A stretch of 64,000 nt of DNA from a virus: IMG/VR virus record IMGVR_UViG_3300030430_005376, positions 32,001-96,000 of that record; one strand, written 5' to 3'. How positions within the stretch are numbered: position 1 is the stretch's first letter; each line of letters opens with the position of its first letter. The position numbers and the translations under genes are program-made. Under the pieces are notes generated by a model, which was not told the DNA's origin, searched no databases, and was given only the letters and a program-made list of their open reading frames with translations. Below are positions 46,833 to 57,163 of this stretch, piece after piece.

Positions 46833-46859
46833 AGCGATCGTACTAAATATACGATCGCT
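46833..46859 (-). terminator. intrinsic terminator after tail tube; loop carries ATATTTA late-like motif
   Basis: 10-bp stem AGCGATCGTA/TACGATCGCT plus T-run. Confidence 0.8.
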
Positions 46860-46886
46860 CAGTATGTCAGTAAAACTATTTTTAAA

Positions 46887-47375
46887 TCAGAATTGCAGGA
46901 CGCAGTTATCAAACTTAATTGTCATGTCAATCATCTGAACATCATCACTGTTGTAATCAAGTGTCTGAAAATTGATGTTTGTGAGCAAGCAACCTTTAAT
47001 GTCCCAGAGCTCAACAACTGTACCAATTGGATCTAGCATCTTAAGCTGAATGTCTCTCTTATAAAAGTCAGCGTATCCTGCGCGACCAGAAACAGACTCG
47101 TAGTGAGTTCTAATCCATTCCATAACCTGCTGAGCACCTGAGGGAGCGATCGGATCGTGTATGGTAACAGATAAATCGCCAAACTCAAGCTTACCTGATA
47201 CTCGACGATAACTGTTGATAAAGTCTATTTTCTTATCTGTAAGCGTAATTGTAGGTCTGTTTGCCTTGGCAATTAAGAATGCGTCAATGCCTTCAATTGC
47301 AAGAACCCACCGATAATTTCTTTTAGGCTCAAATTTGTTTGGTAACATATCTGTGACTGATAGTGTTTCTGCCAT
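46887..47375 (-). CDS. tail tube protein (T4 gp19-like)
   Basis: FEPKRNYRW, AQQVMEW, YKRDIQLKMLDPIGTVVELWDIKG. Confidence 0.9.
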   Translation of the reverse strand: MAETLSVTDMLPNKFEPKRNYRWVLAIEGIDAFLIAKANRPTITLTDKKIDFINSYRRVSGKLEFGDLSVTIHDPIAPSGAQQVMEWIRTHYESVSGRAGYADFYKRDIQLKMLDPIGTVVELWDIKGCLLTNINFQTLDYNSDDVQMIDMTIKFDNCVLQF

Positions 47376-47406
47376 TTATAACTCCTCAATATAATATATA
47401 GGTTTT

Positions 47407-50400
47407 CTAGATAGTTGTTCCAGCATTTGTCACAACAAAGTCGAGAGCAACAAACTCGATAGCTCTTGTAGGCTGCAAGAAGATTTTTCCTCTAATCGTG
47501 TTGTTTTCAACATCTGCTTGGGTTGTTGTTGTTGTGTCGATTATCACTCTGAACCTATCAACACCTTGTTTCTCTTGAACTGATTGAAGAATTGGGTTGA
47601 CAAGACGTGAGAATCTGTCAAGTGTTTCTGATCTGTTAGGTTCGAACAGAAGCGTGTTTGCAACGCCGCGGACCTTCCTTCTAACATCTATGAGTAATCT
47701 TCTGATGTTGACTCTATCGAGTGCAGAATTAGCTGCAAGTAGTGTCTTCTGTCCCCATATTGCTAGAGGTCTTCCTGGATATTGAGCCAGTGGGTTAATG
47801 TCTGCATCATAGAGATCATCAAGGTTTGTTCTGTTCAAACTAACGCTTGTACTTTCTACAGCGTTTAGTGCACCACGTGTAAAGCCAGCTGGAGCAAACC
47901 AAGGATGCCCTATTCTATCGTTAAGAGAGAAAGCACCAATTGTCACAACTGACGGTGGAACAGAGACAAGTGCACGAGTGTCGGGGTCGGTAACTGTTAC
48001 GTCAGGGAAGTAAGCAGCTGCAAACGATGAATCAAGTGCTCTGTTCTTAAAAGCAGTAACTGTGTTTGCGACGTGAGGATTTTGAACAGAAGAAGTAATG
48101 ACAGAGTTGAACTGGTCTCTCTCTTCAATATCCATAATGAGCATTGCATCAAATCTATTTTCCATAGCGTCAATTGCAAAGTCTGTGACAGACGAGTGAC
48201 GAATCCCTGGTACTGTGAGAAGTTGGATATCTACGTCAGACGTTGAAGCCATGATGTCAATAGCTTTTCTGTAAGCAGCTACTGTAGGTCCTGCAGTACC
48301 GCCTTGGTTTGTAGAGTCATCAATTTCTCGCTTAGCAGCATTATTAGTTAAGTCACGCTTATCTTTGTTGAATATTTCAACACCATTGAAGCCGCCCTGC
48401 ATAGGAACTGTAAACTTAAGGTATTTTCTATTTCCGACTATTTTCAAGTCGTCCATGGTCAATCCTCTAGTTTTATTATCGTCGTTAGCAGATATTACTC
48501 CATTTCTAACGTATGATGCGCTTAACCACTGATCTGGGTCAGCAAAAGTATCTGATCCTGTTCTTACAAGAATCTTTTCTAAGCTGAATCTGTTGTTGTT
48601 AAAGCGATCACTGTCTAAAACTGCACCGTTCTGGTCGACAACACCTGGGTTGTTACCTACCGAGAAGTTAATTGCATCTTTTCTGTGATTAGGGAAGTGC
48701 TTGACAAAAGTAAACAGTGATTGGTCGAAAGGTGTATTGGCATTTGGCGTAGTTGAATTTTCAACTCTATTGGGTTGCATGCCCCAGTAGAGTGAAGAGT
48801 CCGATCTTTTGCTCAAACCCGTGCCTTGTGCGACTGTGCTTCTGTATGGGAAAGGAGGCTCAACAATTCGTTGATGTTGACCAGAATCAGTATCTAGATC
48901 GTGCCTAGCCATTTTAACACCATTAAGAAGACTACCTGAAGTAACCAAGTGGTTGGGCCCTCTATAACCCATAGGCAAAGCATCATCAGGGACTTCGTTC
49001 TTTTTCAAAGCATCAGAAATTTGAACTCTAATAAATCTAGATCTAACAGGGTGCGTACCATCCACTACTATTTTTTGTGATTCTGCATCAGCATCAAAAT
49101 TGTAAAGTATTTCTTGATCACCAATTGCTCTTCCGACAAAGCGAGAAGACCCCGGATCTAAAGATAGGCCTCTAAAAGACTCGAAAACTTTTCTTTCATC
49201 ATCAGTATCGTTAAAGTCTCTAACTAGCAGGTCAAATGTACCGTACTCGTCACTATCAGAAGTAGATTTTACTATGTTCTCTATTGATATTTTAAATCTA
49301 GAAGAAAGACCTTCACCTGCAGATAGTGCCTTAACTCTAAAAAGATTGTAGGGAACCGCACCGTAACCTTGCGATATTATAAAAGGTGTCATTGCATGCG
49401 AGAAACGATCTTCAAAAGATTCATACACAGGAACTGTCGAAGAAGGCGCGCCTTCGCCGGCGGCAACTCTTTCAACTGAAGAGGTGAGCAGCATAGCAAT
49501 TGGCTCCTCATCATTCTGATATTTTTCTGCAACCATAGCACCTGAACCTGTTACAGCTGCGATGTTTGGATGTATGTCGTAAGAGCCATAAAGGAAGTGA
49601 CCTTTTTCTTCTATTTTAAGCGGATCTGTGTTGAAAACATTAGCAAAGTAATTGTTTGCAGTCATGTCAAATGAAGCCGTTATTACTGTCGGACTAGCAG
49701 TGGTACCCTTGTAGCCGTTCATGAGCAACACAAAGTCTTGTGCACCTGCAGTTAACTTAACAGAACCAGACGTGAAACCTCTAACAGTTGAGGAATCTGC
49801 TGTGCTTGCCGGGGCACTGTTATCTACGCCGTTCTCGTTTCCACTTAAAGCTAAGACGACACCGCTTGGCGCAAGAAGAACACCACGAAGGATAGGTACA
49901 GCCCGAGGAGCTGTCACACCGCCAGACAGGCTTGATGCTGCAAGTGTGGCTGCAGAAGACTCTGCCAAGGCAATGCTGTTTCCTATTGCACCTATGGACA
50001 ATGCTGCTGTTAGTGTAATTGTCGTGGTTGTGGATCCTTCTGCTGCTGATAAGTTTGTTATACCTGACGTTGCAGCACCTGAGATGTTTGATCCGTACTT
50101 TACCTTTAAGGTATCAGATGACCCGTTAATTGCCAACACAATGTTATCGGTTTGTTGTGTTGTTGAACCACCTGCCATAGATACAAAGATTTGATTTGCA
50201 GTTGGTGTTCCGCCCATAGCATTTTTTATGACTATTTCAATTGTCTTGCTACTGTCTGCACCCATTCCAGCAGGAGTAGTTATCGTAATTGTTTCACCGT
50301 CTGAAAGACTACTTCCTATTGTAAGCGCATCTGTTAAAGAAGCAGCTGCTACAGCCTCTGGCGTAGTTTTCTGTATTCCAGCATCACTAAATATTGTCGA

Positions 50401-50844
50401 ACCATTCGACTCAGACATGAAGCATCCGAGGAAGTATGTCCGGCCATGGCCGGCTCCACCAGTGTTAGCAAACGGGTTGTTACCAACAATTCCGTTATCT
50501 TGAACAATTGATTGTCCTACGACGAAACCTGCGTTTGTAACGTTTCCTGTCGCTGAATCTCTCTTTTTTCCGTCACCGGCTCCTAAAACTCTGACGTAAG
50601 TTACAGCTTGCGCATTTTTTAACCATTCGTTAACCGCGATAGGTCCAAATTTTGTACCATCAGATGCACCATACGCTAACTTGAACTCACCGTAATTTGC
50701 AAAAGTAAGAGGCACGAAAGCAGGACCTTCGAGCGCCGTACCAACAATACCTGCAGGAACACCGGTAGGACCAGTAGGAGTAGGTCCAGAAAGATCTATT
50801 TCTCTTGTGCTTACACCTGCTGATTTAAAAGTTAATTCTGCCAT
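47407..50844 (-). CDS. tail sheath protein 1
   Basis: SAGVSTREIDLS, GPAFVP, PWFAPAGFTRG, INPL, WGQKTL, DRVNIRRLL, IFLQPTRAIEFVALDFVVT. Confidence 0.92.
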   Translation of the reverse strand: MAELTFKSAGVSTREIDLSGPTPTGPTGVPAGIVGTALEGPAFVPLTFANYGEFKLAYGASDGTKFGPIAVNEWLKNAQAVTYVRVLGAGDGKKRDSATGNVTNAGFVVGQSIVQDNGIVGNNPFANTGGAGHGRTYFLGCFMSESNGSTIFSDAGIQKTTPEAVAAASLTDALTIGSSLSDGETITITTPAGMGADSSKTIEIVIKNAMGGTPTANQIFVSMAGGSTTQQTDNIVLAINGSSDTLKVKYGSNISGAATSGITNLSAAEGSTTTTITLTAALSIGAIGNSIALAESSAATLAASSLSGGVTAPRAVPILRGVLLAPSGVVLALSGNENGVDNSAPASTADSSTVRGFTSGSVKLTAGAQDFVLLMNGYKGTTASPTVITASFDMTANNYFANVFNTDPLKIEEKGHFLYGSYDIHPNIAAVTGSGAMVAEKYQNDEEPIAMLLTSSVERVAAGEGAPSSTVPVYESFEDRFSHAMTPFIISQGYGAVPYNLFRVKALSAGEGLSSRFKISIENIVKSTSDSDEYGTFDLLVRDFNDTDDERKVFESFRGLSLDPGSSRFVGRAIGDQEILYNFDADAESQKIVVDGTHPVRSRFIRVQISDALKKNEVPDDALPMGYRGPNHLVTSGSLLNGVKMARHDLDTDSGQHQRIVEPPFPYRSTVAQGTGLSKRSDSSLYWGMQPNRVENSTTPNANTPFDQSLFTFVKHFPNHRKDAINFSVGNNPGVVDQNGAVLDSDRFNNNRFSLEKILVRTGSDTFADPDQWLSASYVRNGVISANDDNKTRGLTMDDLKIVGNRKYLKFTVPMQGGFNGVEIFNKDKRDLTNNAAKREIDDSTNQGGTAGPTVAAYRKAIDIMASTSDVDIQLLTVPGIRHSSVTDFAIDAMENRFDAMLIMDIEERDQFNSVITSSVQNPHVANTVTAFKNRALDSSFAAAYFPDVTVTDPDTRALVSVPPSVVTIGAFSLNDRIGHPWFAPAGFTRGALNAVESTSVSLNRTNLDDLYDADINPLAQYPGRPLAIWGQKTLLAANSALDRVNIRRLLIDVRRKVRGVANTLLFEPNRSETLDRFSRLVNPILQSVQEKQGVDRFRVIIDTTTTTQADVENNTIRGKIFLQPTRAIEFVALDFVVTNAGTTI

Positions 50845-50871
50845 TTAGTTTCTCCATATATCCTTTTATAA

Positions 50872-53800
50872 TTATTCAAAACTTACGCCTGAATTGGTAA
50901 TAATGAAATCTATTGCAATAAATTCTGCTGCTCTTGTTGGGACAAGCACAATTCTTCCATTAAGTCTATTCTGTTCTGCGTCTTCTGCAGTGTTGTTTGA
51001 AGAATCCATTATGACTCTGAAAGAGTCAATTCCTTGATTAGATTGGATTCTTGCCAGGCGAGGCTTTGTTGAATCAATAAATCTTTGTCTAGTAACAGGT
51101 GTGTTCTGTTCAAAAATCAAACCGTTTGCAATATCTGACACAATTCTCTTAACTTCTAGCAACATTCTTCTGACGTTTACTCTATCTAGCGCAGACTTTG
51201 CTTGCTGTAGCGTTTTCTGTCCAAATATCACAAATCCTCCGTCTGGGAATGAAGCGATAGGATTAATTCTTGTTTCATACAAAACGTTTCTATCTTCTGC
51301 GTTTAACCGAACCTCAGTGTTTAAGACCGAATCTAGTGCGCCTCTGTTAAATCCTGCAGGTGCAAACCACGGGAAAGCTACCCTGTCGTTGAAACCAAGG
51401 GCTCCGAGAGCAGCCACACTAGCTGGTACGTTTACTGCATCACCGTTAACTTCATCATTGATAATTACATCTGGGAAGTAAACAGCTGAGTAGTTACTGT
51501 CAAGAGCTCTTCCTTCAAACTGTTCAGCAGTTTTTCTTACGTTTGGCCGAGTCGAAGCTCCATCGTAAAGCCTAGTAAGATCATCGCTAAACGGAGGAAT
51601 GTCCATTAAGTATATTGCTTGGCTGTACTCTTTTGTTTTCTCCATCGCATGATCGGTAATGAAAGAACTTCTTAAACCTGGAAGTGTCACAATGTTAACT
51701 CTTGAAGCAAAAGGATCTGTAAGTATTGAGATTGCTGTTCTGTAAGAGCTCACAATGTTGTTTTCTTTTCCAGCGCCTGGCGAAGAGACAGCTGGCAAGT
51801 TTTCATACCCAGCAGCACCTCCAGTTGCTTTGCCTCCAGAGGCAACGTCAGAAGACTTATCATTCATAAGTCTTTGGTCTCTATCGAGAATGTTTAATCC
51901 GTCAAAGCCGCCATACATCATGTTAGTAAACTTCATGTATTCTGTAAATTTATTGAAAGCAGTGGCGGACTTAGCAGCAGCCAAGCTAGCAAATGTTAAC
52001 CTATCTAGAGCACCGTCCTTAATAGTGTATCTGGGCTTTTGAACTTTACCATTTCTGATGTACGCCGCCTCTACCATGTGTGCCGAGACAGAACCTGTTA
52101 TTTGATTTTGCAAAGAAACTGCGTCATCTAGGTTTTGAGTCGCAGATGCTGGCTGATTGAAGAAGGCTACTCTTGAAAGTGTAAATTTATTGTCATTGAA
52201 TAAGTCAACAGAAGAACCAGATAGTAATAAGTCTGATTTTTCTACTCCCAAGAACTTAGAGTAGGAATCTAATAATTTGTTTCTTTTACCAGATGCATTT
52301 GATTGCAAGACAGGGTTTGTAATGTCTTTTGATGAAGGAACAGTCTCAAATTTTACACCGAAGAAAAGCCTAGAGTCAGCTAGTTCTAAGATACCTGGGT
52401 CTCCTGTAAAGGAAGGAGAACTGTTAACTGCGCCTCTTGAAGCTTTAAACCTGAGAGGTACTGGTGGAAGTATAGATCTCTGCAATGCTGAACTACCAAC
52501 GCAACCTAATCTAAGAGTTGATGCGTGGTCACTTCCTCCTGCAAGAGTTGAAGTAGAGTCTGTAAGTGAAGTCGTTGTCTTAATCAGTGGAAGCCCTCTG
52601 AATCCGAAAGGAAGCGCGTCAGCCGGGACTTCGCCGTCTTCAACAGCAGCATTCATGACAATTCTAACAAAAGAAGATCTGTTTGGTCTCTTACCCGAAA
52701 CGTTCACTCTTCTTTCAGACTCAGTCTCTGCATCAAAATTAAACACGGCTTTGAAATCACCAATCTTGGTACCGACATAATCATCATCACCTGGATTAAG
52801 TGTGCAAAGAGGATACTGCTCCAGAATTTTCATATCAGTGTCAGTATCTGTGTAGTCTCTTACTAAAACTGTAAAAGTTCCGTATGGATTCTTAGGATCT
52901 GTTGATCTTCTTAAGTTTGATATTGAAATTTTAACTCTTCTATTTCCTGCGACACCATCATCAATTGACTCAAAGTGAAACAAGTCATACTCAGTATCTC
53001 CAAACGGCTGTGAGATAAACGAAGTGCTTCTCGAAGGACGATATCTTGTATCAAATCTTCCGTAGAGCTCTGTAAAGGGAGATCCTAATAATCCTCCAGA
53101 CTGGACTTGAGCATCTGATCCAGATGTGATACCTACGCTACCTGCAGAAGTCTTTACTTTTGCAAGTTCTGATTCAATTGGAAAGTCTGCATAGAGCAAG
53201 TGCTGCTCAGTGCCGAATCTGTCTGGGTTGGTGTTGAGAATTTTTCCAACAAAGTGTTGGCTTGCTGGATCTAGAGAAGCTGTGTAGATCCTAAGACCTG
53301 CTTGACCTTCATCATTTCCGTACAAGGATCCCATTGAAGAAGAAAGTACTATCTTAAAAGTACCAGCCCCAGAGCTACCGTCGTAAGCACTTATTGTTGC
53401 AATATCGTCGCTCACATTCGAGGTTGAGTAAGACTGATCATGGTCCAGAACCATGACTCTGGATCCTGTAGCAGTAAGTATCATTGATCTTACAAAGTGC
53501 ATGTCGCCTGTAGATGTTACAGAGCTGTTATCTGTAAGTACTGGATAACCTGCTGCCTCATTTGTCCCCTGTGTATGAATTGCTGTTAAAAACTGAACTG
53601 TTCCGTTGTATCTACTATCTTCAGATGCTTCTGCTCTAGAACCTGAGAGTCTGAAGCCTGCGTTTTTAACAATACCTGCAGTTTGTGTTAGAGAAATTTC
53701 TGATGTCGTAGCGTTTGCACCTGCCCCCAACACTCTAATGTATGTAAGAGCTGTTCTGTTTTTTAACCACTCGTTAGCTGCATAAGGACCAAACCTATCA

Positions 53801-53988
53801 GGGTCTAGAGAACCAAATTTTGATTCAAAATCAGCAAATGATCCCACAGTAACTGGCACAAACGCAGGTCCTTTTATTGAAGTTCCAATTACTCCTGCCG
53901 GGGTGCCTACAATCTCTGTAGTACGCTGAGTGAGATCAATCTCTCTCTCAAAAAAGCCCGGAGATCTGAAAGTTTGTTCTGCCATCAA
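50872..53988 (-). CDS. tail sheath protein 2
   Basis: SPGFFEREIDL, GPAFVP, PWFAPAGFNRG, INPI, FGQKTL, DRVNVRRML, VPTRAAEFIAIDFIIT. Confidence 0.92.
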   Translation of the reverse strand: MMAEQTFRSPGFFEREIDLTQRTTEIVGTPAGVIGTSIKGPAFVPVTVGSFADFESKFGSLDPDRFGPYAANEWLKNRTALTYIRVLGAGANATTSEISLTQTAGIVKNAGFRLSGSRAEASEDSRYNGTVQFLTAIHTQGTNEAAGYPVLTDNSSVTSTGDMHFVRSMILTATGSRVMVLDHDQSYSTSNVSDDIATISAYDGSSGAGTFKIVLSSSMGSLYGNDEGQAGLRIYTASLDPASQHFVGKILNTNPDRFGTEQHLLYADFPIESELAKVKTSAGSVGITSGSDAQVQSGGLLGSPFTELYGRFDTRYRPSRSTSFISQPFGDTEYDLFHFESIDDGVAGNRRVKISISNLRRSTDPKNPYGTFTVLVRDYTDTDTDMKILEQYPLCTLNPGDDDYVGTKIGDFKAVFNFDAETESERRVNVSGKRPNRSSFVRIVMNAAVEDGEVPADALPFGFRGLPLIKTTTSLTDSTSTLAGGSDHASTLRLGCVGSSALQRSILPPVPLRFKASRGAVNSSPSFTGDPGILELADSRLFFGVKFETVPSSKDITNPVLQSNASGKRNKLLDSYSKFLGVEKSDLLLSGSSVDLFNDNKFTLSRVAFFNQPASATQNLDDAVSLQNQITGSVSAHMVEAAYIRNGKVQKPRYTIKDGALDRLTFASLAAAKSATAFNKFTEYMKFTNMMYGGFDGLNILDRDQRLMNDKSSDVASGGKATGGAAGYENLPAVSSPGAGKENNIVSSYRTAISILTDPFASRVNIVTLPGLRSSFITDHAMEKTKEYSQAIYLMDIPPFSDDLTRLYDGASTRPNVRKTAEQFEGRALDSNYSAVYFPDVIINDEVNGDAVNVPASVAALGALGFNDRVAFPWFAPAGFNRGALDSVLNTEVRLNAEDRNVLYETRINPIASFPDGGFVIFGQKTLQQAKSALDRVNVRRMLLEVKRIVSDIANGLIFEQNTPVTRQRFIDSTKPRLARIQSNQGIDSFRVIMDSSNNTAEDAEQNRLNGRIVLVPTRAAEFIAIDFIITNSGVSFE

Positions 53989-54043
53989 TTTCTCCTAAAT
54001 TTTCTATTATAACTATGTTTCGAATTCTTAAACATCTCTTTAA

Positions 54044-55255
54044 TTATGAATCAATTGACTCAATTTCCTCTAATAATTCAGAAGAGGCGACGGTCTCGCC
54101 TGTTCTTTGATTTCTATGTCTTACTTTTGAAAATTCAGTCTTTGTGCTATTAGTAAAAGGATTGACAATTTTGTTTTCAAGAACTTCTCTGCTTTGTCCT
54201 CTCTGCAGTTGATTTTCTTTTATGTTTGTAAGATCTTGAAGTACATGCCTTTTAACCTTGTCTCTCTTTCTCTCAGGCTGATAATCAATTACTTCTGCTT
54301 CTCCTTGAGTTACACCAAAACTAATTTCTGGTGCAGATATGTAGCTTCTCAATAGTTTTGGCATGCCCGGGTGTTTAGGATTGATAATGTAGCCCGGAAT
54401 GGTAACTGTGAAGCTGTGTTTAATAATTCTTTCACTCTCAGTAAATTCATCTAAATTAGTGCCGGAATTTGAGAAAGGACCTGAAAAGAAAGCTACTAAT
54501 TCATATCCTCCTTCTGTCAGCATTGGTATTTCTTCACCTTGCCCGGTAAAGTTAAGCAAAAGTGTTTCAATCATTTGGTTTGATTGCTTCATGTACTGTG
54601 TCCAAAAAATCACATCATAAGTCACTGCAACAAATTCTGGATAAGGTATTTCAATAATTTCAAACATGTTGCGACCTAAGTCTTCTTTTAGCGATACTTC
54701 AGCAACACTAGAAAATCCTAAATTTGCAGAAGATCTTCTAGTAGAGACAGATTCAGGTCTTGCTGCAAAGCCCGGAGTTGGGTTGTTTAGAATAAAGTTG
54801 TTTTTTGATGATACATTTTTTTGGCTTTTGAGCCCCTGCTTGTTAATAATATTTTGATACTTTCTATCTCTTTCGCTAAGTCTATATTTGATTATATAAC
54901 TTTCTTGTTCTCTAAAAGCAATAGCAGTTCTTTTGTTTGCTTGAGATGGTGAAAAGTCAATATTTTGTCGCATTATTGAAACTAAAGGTAAAATTAGAGC
55001 GTTTTCACTGTCTCGAATTGGGTTCTTTCTTCTTGTAAGCGCGAATCTTTCACCTGACGCAAAAATAACAGGAACTTTCTGAACAGAACCTTTGTTTTTT
55101 ACTTCAAAAGAAATTTTCTCATCAAATAATTTAAATATAGCTCTGTCAATATCAGCAATTCCTATTGATGGTATGTCAAAGTCTTCTGGTGCATTATTAC
55201 CATCAAAACTTCTAATTATCTTTTCACCTTTTGGATCATTTGGATTGTGAGCCAT
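54044..55255 (-). CDS. tail terminator / neck protein (T4 gp15-like)
   Basis: KVPVIFASGERF, LPLVSIMR; position between neck and sheath genes. Confidence 0.55.
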   Translation of the reverse strand: MAHNPNDPKGEKIIRSFDGNNAPEDFDIPSIGIADIDRAIFKLFDEKISFEVKNKGSVQKVPVIFASGERFALTRRKNPIRDSENALILPLVSIMRQNIDFSPSQANKRTAIAFREQESYIIKYRLSERDRKYQNIINKQGLKSQKNVSSKNNFILNNPTPGFAARPESVSTRRSSANLGFSSVAEVSLKEDLGRNMFEIIEIPYPEFVAVTYDVIFWTQYMKQSNQMIETLLLNFTGQGEEIPMLTEGGYELVAFFSGPFSNSGTNLDEFTESERIIKHSFTVTIPGYIINPKHPGMPKLLRSYISAPEISFGVTQGEAEVIDYQPERKRDKVKRHVLQDLTNIKENQLQRGQSREVLENKIVNPFTNSTKTEFSKVRHRNQRTGETVASSELLEEIESIDS

Positions 55256-55257
55256 TT

Positions 55258-55923
55258 TCAGTCCTCATCATAGAATGCAGAACCTACGTTACTAGAATCG
55301 CCTTCAGGTGAAACTTCTTTTGGTCCTGTGATTGGGCCTTCAAGTACTCCTCTCTTCTGGAGCTCTCTGACATCGCCTGTTTCGCCAAGTTTGTTATTCT
55401 TAGCACCTCTTTGTTGTACAAATGTATCTTGAACAGCATCTTCGTCTGTAAACGATTCTGAAGTTGGACCAAACACCTTTGATATAAACTGGCCTTTTCT
55501 CGACTGTTTGCCTGTGATTGTAATATACTGCTTGTTCTCAATTTGTCCAAAAATAACATTTGTCGCAGGGCTTTTAATGACTTCAAAAAATACAGTGCCG
55601 TACGAAAAAAAGTCCCCCTCTAATATCTCTATCCCTTTGTCAATTAAGTCTCTAGACTGTATGTACGCTTCAACCGTGTAGTACTCTTCTGAACCGAATC
55701 TATTTGTTCTAATTTCTTGAGGAAGGTACTTAACTAAACAGTCTATTTCGATCGGGTTTTCAAAGACTTTGTCTGGTGATTCTTCATACACATCATGAAC
55801 TTTAGACTTAATTTCACTAATCGGAAAATAGTAGATTCTTTGTCCTATTACGTCTTTTACAATTTCTTTAGCAACATCGTTGATGAAGTTAATTTCTCTT
55901 GGCGTTATAAAAACTCTACCCAT
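55258..55923 (-). CDS. neck protein (T4 gp14-like)
   Basis: IGQRIYYFP, VYEESPDKVF, ILEGDFF; synteny. Confidence 0.6.
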   Translation of the reverse strand: MGRVFITPREINFINDVAKEIVKDVIGQRIYYFPISEIKSKVHDVYEESPDKVFENPIEIDCLVKYLPQEIRTNRFGSEEYYTVEAYIQSRDLIDKGIEILEGDFFSYGTVFFEVIKSPATNVIFGQIENKQYITITGKQSRKGQFISKVFGPTSESFTDEDAVQDTFVQQRGAKNNKLGETGDVRELQKRGVLEGPITGPKEVSPEGDSSNVGSAFYDED

Positions 55924-55926
55924 GTA

Positions 55927-57102
55927 TTACCCCATAAATATTGCTTTACCTAGTGGCATAGGTACAAAGCGAAGTTGCTTGTTCATTTGTTCTGCCCGAG
56001 TAGACTGTATTTCTATCAGCTTGTCATATGTCATTGTTTCGAGCATTTCTTTCAGCTGTGTTTTCAACTCTTTCTGATCTTCACGCCCTTGTGATATCAA
56101 GTCTCCTCCGTTTAGTGTGACATCACCTCCAGGAATGGGTATGTTTCCAAATTTTGATCGAACGATACCTAGTTGTTCTCTGCTCAAAGCAAGAGTGTAT
56201 TGCCTTATCCACTGTCTTCCTATCGAATTAATCTTCTTGTATTCAATGTTACCAAAAGGAAGATTTGACATGTTTGATACACCTGCAATAGTTGCGTCTT
56301 TATAGGCAGGTGATGTCGGGTCTGGATATTGTCGCACTCTTATGTAAAGTTTTTTCTCAGTAAGTGAAGTAGGCGTTGGAAATATCCTAATTTTTGTGCC
56401 GCTTATTTCGTAAGAGTAGTTTGATCTTCTTACGCGGTTAGACAAATCAAGCTGTCCTGCTCTAAGAATATCTTCGAAAACAGGTAGAACATAAAATATT
56501 GTTTCTGGAGTAAATGATTCAAAAGAAAATTCATTATTCAAGTAGTTGATTGCTGAAGTTGTGTCAAAAAATCTATAAGCAGCTTGTGGGTTAAAGTGAA
56601 AAACTTCAACTATTTTAAGTTTACCCTTAGCATCGTTGAATATGGCATTGTCATTAGAATCTTTTAGCTCTGTGTACATGTCATAGTCTTGACGACCAGA
56701 CTCTAGAGCAATTGAGCCTGACACTGTGTTATAAGATCCTCCGACACCTGCTTCCATTGCGTAAGGTTCAGCAAATCTAGATAAATACTCAAGGTTGTCT
56801 CTAATGAATTTTTCTTCGCTGCCGGACGCTATGTGAGGATTATCAGCGCTTCCTGTTGGAAAACCTAAATAATTTACAAGTTGAGACTTTGCCTGGTACT
56901 GATTTAAAATTGAACTATATTCTAGCGTTGACTCTTCAAAATTTGCAAAAATTTGTTTTTTTGTGAGTTCAACACTTAAAATATCATCGCCCATCTTTCG
57001 CTTAACAAATGTGACAAGATTATCAGCCTCGCTTGAAAAAGACGAATCATCGTCGAAAATACCAAACGGTGTTGCGTTAGAAGTATTTGCAAATGTTGTC
57101 AC
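55927..57102 (-). CDS. neck protein (T4 gp13-like), GTG start
   Basis: WIRQYTLALSREQLGIVRSKFGNIPIPGGDVTLNG. Confidence 0.7.
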   Translation of the reverse strand: MTTFANTSNATPFGIFDDDSSFSSEADNLVTFVKRKMGDDILSVELTKKQIFANFEESTLEYSSILNQYQAKSQLVNYLGFPTGSADNPHIASGSEEKFIRDNLEYLSRFAEPYAMEAGVGGSYNTVSGSIALESGRQDYDMYTELKDSNDNAIFNDAKGKLKIVEVFHFNPQAAYRFFDTTSAINYLNNEFSFESFTPETIFYVLPVFEDILRAGQLDLSNRVRRSNYSYEISGTKIRIFPTPTSLTEKKLYIRVRQYPDPTSPAYKDATIAGVSNMSNLPFGNIEYKKINSIGRQWIRQYTLALSREQLGIVRSKFGNIPIPGGDVTLNGGDLISQGREDQKELKTQLKEMLETMTYDKLIEIQSTRAEQMNKQLRFVPMPLGKAIFMG

Positions 57103-57163
57103 AAAAATCTCCGACTTTTTGGTTCATAATATATATCGTCGAAAGTTTTGTTTGTCTAGAATC

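Noticed and set aside
36080-57102. Bacterial extracellular contractile injection system instead of a phage tail
   Set aside because: Neck genes, a long tape measure and linked phage replication genes support a phage.
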